Shown here one piece after another: positions 30,884-38,471 of a stretch of DNA of 64,000 nt (position 1 is its first letter; the number at the start of each line of letters is the position of its first letter). The DNA comes from an uncultured Verrucomicrobiae bacterium (GTDB taxonomy: Bacteria; Verrucomicrobiota; Verrucomicrobiia; Chthoniobacterales; UBA10450). The translations under genes were made by a program, and so were the position numbers. Where the stretch lies: positions 1-64,000 of the forward strand of contig CAWFGO010000005.1 of NCBI GenBank assembly GCA_963815455.1, in the 5' to 3' direction. The notes under the pieces were generated by a model that was not told where the DNA came from, ran no database searches, and saw only the letters and a list, made by a program, of their open reading frames with translations.

Positions 30884-30994
30884 CGTCGGAAATCTTTACG
30901 TTTATTCAGTTTCTTGATAGTGATACAAAATTTATAACTACCTGATGATAATCCACTTAAGTCATTCTACGATTCGCTTGGCATTCACTATGCT
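30884..30994 (+). promoter_or_regulatory. Upstream motif CGTCGGAAATCTTTACG plus sigma54 promoter TTGGCATTCACTATGCT
   Basis: Motif 30884-30900; GG-N10-GC at 30980-30993. Confidence 0.88.
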
Positions 30995-31023
30995 ATAGGA
31001 TGATCGACACGTTGGTCTCACTT

Positions 31024-31650
31024 ATGAAGTTAACCAAAATTAGTCTTGCCTTGCTTGCCAGCAGCCTGGCGATCAGTGCGCCGCTTTGCCGTCAAGCTCA
31101 GGCCTCGCAGCTTAGCGGCGAGATTAGTTTCGCGGGAACGGTCCAGCTTAATAACACTTCAGCAGGGAATTCGAGCGGCGTGATCGGTTGGCACGGCGCC
31201 GGTGGGGCAGGCAGCCCAATTGTCACCGATGCGACCGACGATTTCGGGATGTTTGTATCGAGCGGAGATCCAGTGACGTTCTTGGCGCCTTGGTCATTCA
31301 ATTCCGGATCACTGGCCAATTTTTGGACGGTCGGGGGCTTCACCTTTAGCTTGTCCAGCTCTTCCATAGAGAGCCAAACCGCCCCAACAAGGCACGACAA
31401 GGCCGGGAGGTGGCTCGATGGATCGGTGACCGTCGTTGGAACCGGTTTCGTGTTTGGTAATGGCTTTAGCAACACGCTGGTCGACTTTACTTTCATCACT
31501 CAAGATTCCGGTAATGGTGCCCTGGCTACATTCTCATTCACCGACCCAACTGCGCCTTCGGCCGTTCCCGATAGTGGCGGAACTGTAGCGCTCCTCGGCC
31601 TTTCTCTGGCTGGTATCGGTCTTGTTCGCTGGAAGCTGCGCTGTTCCTAA
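31024..31650 (+). CDS. VPDSG-CTERM sorting-domain protein B2
   Basis: Signal peptide; C-terminal AVPDSGGTVALLGLSLAGIGLVRWKLR. Confidence 0.92.
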   Translation: MKLTKISLALLASSLAISAPLCRQAQASQLSGEISFAGTVQLNNTSAGNSSGVIGWHGAGGAGSPIVTDATDDFGMFVSSGDPVTFLAPWSFNSGSLANFWTVGGFTFSLSSSSIESQTAPTRHDKAGRWLDGSVTVVGTGFVFGNGFSNTLVDFTFITQDSGNGALATFSFTDPTAPSAVPDSGGTVALLGLSLAGIGLVRWKLRCS

Positions 31651-31672
31651 CCCTTAGGTTGCCCAATTCGTC

Positions 31673-31702
31673 GGCGGTGGCAAAGTTGCCCCCGCCTTTT
31701 TT
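31673..31702 (+). terminator. Intrinsic terminator
   Basis: GGCGGTGGCAA-ag-TTGCCCCCGCC then TTTTTT. Confidence 0.75.
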
Positions 31703-31920
31703 CTGTACCGGCGCCCGCCTGGCTTTTTGGATTGTTCATTCATTACTTTTCACAAGCGTCTGCCAATTGCGTCGGCCACACCTCGTTAACGTATTTGTTA
31801 ATGGCTCGATTTGGATGGCGATCTTTCTCAGGCTTCGGAAAGAGGGTGCGGTACGTGCCACGCCAAGTCCAATGCGCGATTCCCTCGAGCGGTTTGCGGG
31901 CCTGATGGCTGCAGGAATTT

Positions 31921-32040
31921 CGTCGGAAGCCTTTACGTTTTGCCACACGATCGTTGTCGTTTACAAAAATTTTCGCGATGTAAATGCCTATTCTGCAGGC
32001 TATTATAAATACAGCCAAGTCGGCTCGCATTGTACCTGCT
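31921..32040 (+). promoter_or_regulatory. Fifth upstream motif CGTCGGAAGCCTTTACG with a degenerate sigma54 site (TCGCATTGTACCTGCT)
   Basis: Same 17-mer family; CG-N10-GC 105 bp downstream, the same spacing as the 25481 copy. Confidence 0.55.
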
Positions 32041-32235
32041 AATGTCCCTTCCGACACTGCGAATGAACCATCTACAGACTAACAGCCTAGCAGGAAATCG
32101 GAGGCGGCCGCTCCAGTTACAGGCGGCGAGATCACTTTCTCTGCCGAATTCGAGACCATGATTACCGACTGTTACGCCTTGAAAAGTCGCGAAACACCGC
32201 TAGCGTCTGCGGGCTTTGGCCTTTCACAGTTCATC

Positions 32236-32784
32236 ATGACGCATTCCCGCGAGGATCTCGCCCGCTCAGACACGCCATATTGGTTTTGCCTGAGGACACA
32301 GCCGAAGCATGAGCATGTCGCAGCCACCGGGCTGCGCCGCCAGTTGGAGGTGCCCTGCTTTTCGCCCCGGTTGCGTTACAAGAAAGCGACCCGGCGCGGG
32401 GCCGTCTGGTTTGTCGAAGCAATGTTTCCTGGATATTTGTTCGCTCAGTTTGTTTATCCCGCGCTGCATCGGCGGGTCGAGCACGCATCCGGAATCCAAG
32501 GCATCGTTCACTTCGGTGATTACTTGGCGACGGTTGATCACGACACCATCATGGCGCTGCGAGAAAAAGCCGGGGAAGAAGAAGTCGTTACGATTGATCC
32601 CGAAATAAAAGTCGGTCAATCGGTCAAGATTGCCGAAGGCGCATTCCAGGGAATCGAAGCGCTCGTTACCTGTCTGCTTCCGGCCAAGGAACGGGTGAGA
32701 GTGCTTCTCGAATTTCTCGGTCGCTCGGTCGAAACCGAGATTTCGATTCCGAAGGTGCTGCCGGTATCGTCGATTCGATCGTAG
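32236..32784 (+). CDS. RfaH/NusG-family transcription antiterminator
   Basis: WFCLRTQPKHE, MFPGYLF, KOW VKIAEGAFQG, RVRVLLEFLGR. Confidence 0.88.
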   Translation: MTHSREDLARSDTPYWFCLRTQPKHEHVAATGLRRQLEVPCFSPRLRYKKATRRGAVWFVEAMFPGYLFAQFVYPALHRRVEHASGIQGIVHFGDYLATVDHDTIMALREKAGEEEVVTIDPEIKVGQSVKIAEGAFQGIEALVTCLLPAKERVRVLLEFLGRSVETEISIPKVLPVSSIRS

Positions 32785-32827
32785 CGGATCGGATATTGGA
32801 ACCCGGACGCTCCCTGGCGGGGTGACA

Positions 32828-33052
32828 TCAACGGTGCACAGCGGCTGATTCCAGTTTTGTGCTCTTTAGGGAGGGAGTCGCTTCCTGTTGTTTCAAATGT
32901 CTTTTAGAAAGGACCCGAGCGCCTGGTGCGCGTTTTCGGAAGAGATGGAAACCCTGTTCATCCTCGTACGCTTCCGGAGCCTTTCGTAAAGACACATAGA
33001 TCACCGATAACGCCATGGAGGCTCCCCCTAGCAGTCCCAGCAATAGGCTCAT
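32828..33052 (-). CDS. Small single-TM hypothetical protein
   Basis: GGAGG RBS; hydrophobic N-terminus then RKAPEAYEDEQGFH. Confidence 0.55.
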   Translation of the reverse strand: MSLLLGLLGGASMALSVIYVSLRKAPEAYEDEQGFHLFRKRAPGARVLSKRHLKQQEATPSLKSTKLESAAVHR

Positions 33053-33366
33053 ACCTCCAAGTCGAGCACACTGTGTGCCCGGGCGCAAATGATGGCAGTC
33101 GATCTCAAGATATAGTGCAAGGGCTCCTGAAAACGCTGAATTGTTCCGACGAAGCTGTTGTTTTTTTATACAAAGGTGTCAACTATTCGAGGTTGCAGCC
33201 GAGCGAAACCAATCGTGTTGCAACATCATGCGGCGCAATCGGCTGGCGATTTTTGCCTATGGCCGTCAACGCTTGGAAGACGGCTTTCCCGAATCGGCGC
33301 TTCTCGATGCGCATAAAATTCGGCACCCATCTTCGCTTCTTGACTCACGCGTCACTTGCTTGCCAG

Positions 33367-33427
33367 GCCGGAGCCTTGGCGTAGGCTGGTCACTTACTTG
33401 TCACGCCGGAGCCTTGGCGAAGGCGGA
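33367..33427. repeat. Two direct copies of GCCGGAGCCTTGGCG(T/A)AGGC
   Basis: 33367-33388 and 33404-33427; related copy inside the racemase at 34698-34727. Confidence 0.75.
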
Positions 33428-33441
33428 TCACTCAGCTTTGC

Positions 33442-33513
33442 GGGCGGTTAGCTCAGTGGTAGAGCGTCTCGTTTACACCGAGAGGGTCGGGGGTTCGAAA
33501 CCCTCACCGCCCA
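33442..33513 (+). tRNA. tRNA-Val(TAC), CCA not encoded
   Basis: GGGCGGT/ACCGCCC acceptor stem, AGCTCAGTGGTAGAGC D-arm, TCTCG-TTTACAC-CGAGA anticodon arm, GGTTCGAAA T-loop. Confidence 0.97.
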
Positions 33514-33608
33514 GTCTTTTGATTTTCGGATTTTGATTTCCGATTGTCGATTGCTGCATAGATAATCATGTAATTTTCTCTGGCGCCGCCTTAAGCTGCC
33601 GCGATCAA

Positions 33609-34025
33609 ATGCTTGAGCTTTCCGTGCAATCAAAGATCCGTGGTCGACAGTCGGCGGCTATAGCGCTGACTGCGCTGGCCGCGGCAATTTTGACGGGTTG
33701 CGCAGGCGGCCGGCATTATCATGCCATTCCGGCGGAGGGGCCGCGGCCGACTCCGCGATACCTTGAGATTCAACGAGAAGTCTCGGTTGCGACACTGCAT
33801 TTTCCGGCAGGCGTGTATTCGCTGAACGCGGAAGACGATGTTGGATATTATTACGCGGCGCCGCGAAAGGTTATGCAGCACACGGCGATCGGGTCGAAAC
33901 CTCGCGACGGGGGAGTTTATGTGAACAAGCGGGACCCGAAGAAGTTGCGCGGTTATGTGTATTGGGCGGGCGCGCGCACGCATGTGGGCAATTTCTCGAG
34001 AGTGAAATACGAATTCCGGGAGTGA
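33609..34025 (+). CDS. Hypothetical lipoprotein
   Basis: Lipobox ILTGC; start uncertain. Confidence 0.6.
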   Translation: MLELSVQSKIRGRQSAAIALTALAAAILTGCAGGRHYHAIPAEGPRPTPRYLEIQREVSVATLHFPAGVYSLNAEDDVGYYYAAPRKVMQHTAIGSKPRDGGVYVNKRDPKKLRGYVYWAGARTHVGNFSRVKYEFRE

Positions 34026-34118
34026 CAATTCCTGCCCACGAAATTCACGAAACGTAGGAAAGGTTTTTTAAAAATTGGTGTTTTTCGTGTCCTTTGGTGG
34101 GTCGATTAGACTGATCCG

Positions 34119-34556
34119 ATGAAGATCGACAAGTTTATGGAGGCGGCGATCGCCCAGGCCCGGAAGAGCCGGGCAGAAGGCGGGATTCCCATTGGGTCGG
34201 CCCTGGCGCGGGGTGGGGAATTGATCGCGGTGGGCCACAACAAGCGCGTTCAGGAAAGCGATCCGGTTACGCACGCGGAGATCGATTGTCTGCGCAATGC
34301 CGGACGGCTGGGCAGTTTTCGGGACACAGTGCTCTATTCGACGTTGATGCCGTGTTACCTCTGCGCCGGCGCGGTGGTGCAGTTCGGGGTCAAGAAAGTC
34401 GTTGTCGGCGAAAGCCGAACTTTTTCAGGCGCGCCGGACTTTATGCGCAGCCACGCCGTCGAAGTTGTCGATCTTGATCTGGCGGAATGCGTGCACCTGA
34501 TGCAGCAGTTCATAGCCGAGAATCCGGCGCTTTGGAATGAGGACATTGGCCGATAA
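34119..34556 (+). CDS. Nucleoside/cytosine deaminase (zinc, CDA fold)
   Basis: EGGIPIGS, HAE, PCYLC, WNEDIG. Confidence 0.9.
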   Translation: MKIDKFMEAAIAQARKSRAEGGIPIGSALARGGELIAVGHNKRVQESDPVTHAEIDCLRNAGRLGSFRDTVLYSTLMPCYLCAGAVVQFGVKKVVVGESRTFSGAPDFMRSHAVEVVDLDLAECVHLMQQFIAENPALWNEDIGR

Positions 34557-34565
34557 GCTCGGCCA

Positions 34566-35294
34566 TCAGGGTGCAAGCATTTCTGTGACGGCCGCCTGGC
34601 AATGAATGAGCGTCGTGTTGAGGAATGGAATGCCGTTGTGCTCCGGCGCGCGCAGTATTAGAGGGAGCTCGGTTCCAGCGAGGATCACGCCGTCGATGCC
34701 TGCACCGCCGTAGCCGTGCGAAGGCATGTCGATCTTCGTCTTCATGCGATCGACGATTGTCAGCAAGCCGGCTCGCGTCTCATCCCGGAAAATCCCATTC
34801 ACCAATTCGCTCATGTATTTGTCATGGATGTATTCCTGGTCCGCAAGGTCGGGCGCGATCAGTTCGATTCCTTCGCGCGAAAAAACTTTCGGATAAAAAT
34901 TGCCCTGCATGGTGAAACGCGTGCCGAACAGCGCGAGTTTTTTTAAGCCGCGCCTTTTGGCGTCGGCGCAGGTCGCTTCCACGATGCTAAGCAAAGTAAT
35001 CGGCGATTTCTCGAGAACGTCGTCGAAAACGACGTGGGGGGTGTTCGCGGAGATCAAACCGAAATCAGCGCCGGCCTTGGCGAGCTTTTGAATTTCCTCC
35101 AGCAGATATTCTGTCATTCTGCCCAGTTCGTTAGCGCTTATCATCGCAATTCCCTTGCTGAGATCGATGCTATTGATCAGCAACGACGGATAGCTGCCAT
35201 CGCGGTTTTGTTCCCGATAAAGCGCGATGATTTTTCCGTAATAGTCGATTGTCGATTCCGGTCCGAGGCCACCGATGATCCCGAGCGTTTTCAT
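34566..35294 (-). CDS. Aspartate/glutamate racemase family protein
   Basis: MKTLGIIGGLGPESTIDYY, ANTPH, LFGTRFTM, ILAGTELPL. Confidence 0.88.
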   Translation of the reverse strand: MKTLGIIGGLGPESTIDYYGKIIALYREQNRDGSYPSLLINSIDLSKGIAMISANELGRMTEYLLEEIQKLAKAGADFGLISANTPHVVFDDVLEKSPITLLSIVEATCADAKRRGLKKLALFGTRFTMQGNFYPKVFSREGIELIAPDLADQEYIHDKYMSELVNGIFRDETRAGLLTIVDRMKTKIDMPSHGYGGAGIDGVILAGTELPLILRAPEHNGIPFLNTTLIHCQAAVTEMLAP

Positions 35295-35671
35295 CGTTTT
35301 AGTGGAAGTGACGCCGAAAGATGCCGTGCGGGAGGTGCTGGGCCGAATGGACCTCGGCGCAGTCGGCTGTAAATCAGAACGTGGGTCACGCTGATAAGCG
35401 GCACAAGAAACGTTGGGAGCAAAACTAATGGAAGCTCGCGCAGTGGTGTAAAATGCAGGCCCACAAGCCACCGAAGATCGACAATCGCCGCCCAATTGCG
35501 AATGGTGGGAATGATCCCGCAAAGGAGCAGTGCCATTCCCGTCAGCGTCCAGACAGTAATTGCAATCCTGGGCGCCCTCGCGTTTTGAAACGAACCGCAA
35601 ATGCCCGCGGTTAGAGCCAGACCGAGCCAGGCGGCTAGAATAGCGAGAACTAGTTTCGGCTGGTTTTGCAT
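35291..35671 (-). CDS. Hypothetical membrane protein
   Basis: Several hydrophobic segments from MQNQPKLVLAILAAW; overlaps the racemase start by 4 nt. Confidence 0.55.
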   Translation of the reverse strand: MQNQPKLVLAILAAWLGLALTAGICGSFQNARAPRIAITVWTLTGMALLLCGIIPTIRNWAAIVDLRWLVGLHFTPLRELPLVLLPTFLVPLISVTHVLIYSRLRRGPFGPAPPARHLSASLPLKR

Positions 35672-35740
35672 GTGGCGTTCTGGCTGGATGGCTTTCGATT
35701 GCACTTCCTCATCCAGTGGCGGCCAATTAGAATCCTGAGC

Positions 35741-37549
35741 GTGAAATCGATCAATCATTTCCTCATCGCGTTTGTTTTGTTCGCGGAGACGGTGTTCCAA
35801 GTCGGGGCACAATCCTCGTCGCCGGGCCAGTCGGACGTTTCGAACAAAGCGCTCATTACCAAAGCGACACCAAATTTGAGCTCGGATGCATTGAAGAAAA
35901 GCATGGGAAGTGAAATCGCGGCCTTGCACAAGATGGCGGAGGACTATTATGCGTGGCGCAATGAGGCCTATCCGGTCCAGAGCAGCGATGCCGGGTTACA
36001 CACCTGGGACGATCGATTGACCGACTATGCGCCGGCGAAGATCGACGAGCGGGCGAAGCATGTGCGCGAGCTGCTTGACAAATTGCGGGCCATGGACGGC
36101 ACGAAGTGGCCGAAGAATGATCGGATCGATTGGATTTTGTTTCGGGCGCAGCTCGAAAATGTCGAGTTCGGCGACCGCGTTTTAAAGTTCGAGCGAACGA
36201 ATCCACAGGTTTACGTGGGCGAATGCACCAGCGGGATATTTTCTTTGCTAAAAAAGGAATACGATACGCCAAAGAAACGCGCGGTGGCAGCCACCTCGCG
36301 CCTCAAGCAAATGCCGGCCCTTTTAAAGCAGGGTCTGAGCAATTTGCAGAGCCCGGTGCGACTCTACGCGCAGCTCGCGATTCAATCGGCCCGCGCTATT
36401 GACCCGCTTTTTACCGGCAGTTTGATGGCGTTGGATGTCGATCTTCCGAAGGCGCAACATGATGAATTGATTAAGGCGCGGGATGCTGCGCTGAGGGCGC
36501 TGCACGATTTCGCCGACGCATTGGAGAAGCGTCTGTCTGCGATGGTCGACTTCGCTCCAATGGGCGAGGCGAATTACAATTATTATCTCAAACACGTCTT
36601 GCTTCTTCCGCTCGACGCTGCGGAAGTGGAAATGATCGGGCGCGTTGAGCTGGCCCGTTATCGAGCGCTGGAAGCGCTCCTGCCCGATCCGAAGCTGGCC
36701 GATCCCGACCCCAAACGCAGCGGCAACATTCCGCCGGATCAACAATCGTTTTTGAAAGCCTACCAAGGCCGGGAGCAGGAGATGATCGACTTCCTGAAGC
36801 AACACAAGCTGATCACGATTCCGGATTATCTCGGCCCCTTTGAAATTCGGCAGTTGCCGGAGGCGTTCAAACCGACCAGCCCGGGCGGCTTCATGAATCC
36901 GCCCGGCGTTTACGACAAGGATCCGACCGGGTTCTATTTTATTCCCACTTACAATCCCGATTCGAAGAACTTTTACATTCGCGCCGCGATCGAAGATCCG
37001 CGGCCGATTCTCGGCCACGAAGGAATCCCCGGGCATTTCCTGCAGCTTTCAATCGCCAATCACCTGAGCGATGAAATTCGGCGCCAGCATCAGGACGGCG
37101 TATTTGTGGAGGGCTGGGCACTCTACGGCGAAGAGATGTTAATGCGCACCGGGCTTTATCCGAACAATTCTCCCGCGCAGGGCCAAATCCTGCGATTGTC
37201 CCGGTATCGCGCGGCCCGGATCGGCGTGGACGTGAACCTGCACACCGGCCGATGGAACTTCGAGCAAACGGTGAAATATTTCATGGAAGCCGGCGGACTT
37301 GACCGCGAGGCAGCGGAGGGAGAAGCGGCGGGGGCGGCGTCAAGCCCGCACCAAAAGATCAGTTACATCGTCGGCAAATGGCAGATCATGAATTTGTTGG
37401 GACGTTACAGGGACCAAAAGGGTGAAACTTTCCGGCTCGGCCAGTTCCACGACGACTTGATCAAAAACGGTAGCCTGCCGTTGTCGATCATCGAATGGCT
37501 GTTGCTCGATGACGACACCGCGATTCAAAAAGCTAACGGGAAAAAGTAA
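35741..37549 (+). CDS. DUF885 family protein (HExxxxH putative metallopeptidase)
   Basis: HEGIPGHFLQ, FVEGWALYGE, RAARIGVDVNLH, SYIVGK, FHDDLIKNGSLPL. Confidence 0.88.
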   Translation: MKSINHFLIAFVLFAETVFQVGAQSSSPGQSDVSNKALITKATPNLSSDALKKSMGSEIAALHKMAEDYYAWRNEAYPVQSSDAGLHTWDDRLTDYAPAKIDERAKHVRELLDKLRAMDGTKWPKNDRIDWILFRAQLENVEFGDRVLKFERTNPQVYVGECTSGIFSLLKKEYDTPKKRAVAATSRLKQMPALLKQGLSNLQSPVRLYAQLAIQSARAIDPLFTGSLMALDVDLPKAQHDELIKARDAALRALHDFADALEKRLSAMVDFAPMGEANYNYYLKHVLLLPLDAAEVEMIGRVELARYRALEALLPDPKLADPDPKRSGNIPPDQQSFLKAYQGREQEMIDFLKQHKLITIPDYLGPFEIRQLPEAFKPTSPGGFMNPPGVYDKDPTGFYFIPTYNPDSKNFYIRAAIEDPRPILGHEGIPGHFLQLSIANHLSDEIRRQHQDGVFVEGWALYGEEMLMRTGLYPNNSPAQGQILRLSRYRAARIGVDVNLHTGRWNFEQTVKYFMEAGGLDREAAEGEAAGAASSPHQKISYIVGKWQIMNLLGRYRDQKGETFRLGQFHDDLIKNGSLPLSIIEWLLLDDDTAIQKANGKK

Positions 37550-37968
37550 CCCATAGTTTCTAGATAAACCATAAGTTAGACCGGCCCGGATTGTGCTTTT
37601 TCACGTTTGGGATGAGCGGGGAATCGCAAAAAGACTGCGCCCTTCAGGCCGCGGCTGGGAGGATTGAGTTGATCGAGGGATTGCAGCGCGCCATCGATCG
37701 CAAATATCGGTACCTGCTCGGGGCGGCAAGAGCCGACTGGCAGCGCCTGTTTGCTGAGAAAGATTCGCGTGACGCCTCCGTGAAAGCGCACATCTCTGTA
37801 GCACTTCCAGCCAAGACGCTGGGATCGCCCGGATCCGGTTTCCTCAAACCGCGCAAGCAGCCGCACCCGAAAGACGCAGGAAAAGGCCAGGTCGCGCGTT
37901 TCGCAAACTGACTCGAAAGTCGGAGGCTGGTAATCCGCCGTTCACTAAGGCGGCGTATGGCGCGCTGC

Positions 37969-38394
37969 CTACTTCGGCATGCCGACCTTGGCACTGCCGA
38001 GAAACGTGGCGTTCTCATCAACCACCAAACGTGGCGCTTCGATATCACCGCGCAGCGTGCAGCCCGCCTGGAGTTCGCAGCGTTCCGTTGCGGAAATATT
38101 GCCCTCGACGGTGCCGCGCACTTTCATTGATCTAGTCCGGATCTCGCCGCGGATGCGCGCGTGTTCGCCGATAGTGAGTGTTCCGGTGGATTGAATTTCG
38201 CCTTCAACCTCGCCGTCGATCAACAGCTCGTTGTGAAACTTGACCGTGCCCTTGATCGATACGCCCCTCGACAAAAGACCACCGGATCGGCTTTGCATCG
38301 GTGCTCGGGACTGATCCGAGGGTGCCGAGGAATTGGTCGGCTCGTACGAAGTCGTCGGGGATGGCTCTTGTTTGCGGCTTGAAAACATCTGCAT
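37969..38394 (-). CDS. Bactofilin (polymer-forming cytoskeletal protein)
   Basis: IKGTVKF..LLIDGEVEGEI..LTIGEHARIRGEI..GTVEGNI..GDIEAPRL. Confidence 0.88.
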   Translation of the reverse strand: MQMFSSRKQEPSPTTSYEPTNSSAPSDQSRAPMQSRSGGLLSRGVSIKGTVKFHNELLIDGEVEGEIQSTGTLTIGEHARIRGEIRTRSMKVRGTVEGNISATERCELQAGCTLRGDIEAPRLVVDENATFLGSAKVGMPK

Positions 38395-38471
38395 TCTCTC
38401 AGTTCCTCCAGGTTTGGCTTTCTGTAAAGCTGATCTTATGCCGACCGGTCCGGTTAATGGTTACAGGGCGA

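Noticed and set aside
32040..32236. ops element for the RfaH-like factor
   Set aside because: No GGCGGTAG match; the EPS operon leader lies outside the window
37591..37911. Short hypothetical ORF between DUF885 and bactofilin
   Set aside because: No recognisable motif; coding status cannot be supported
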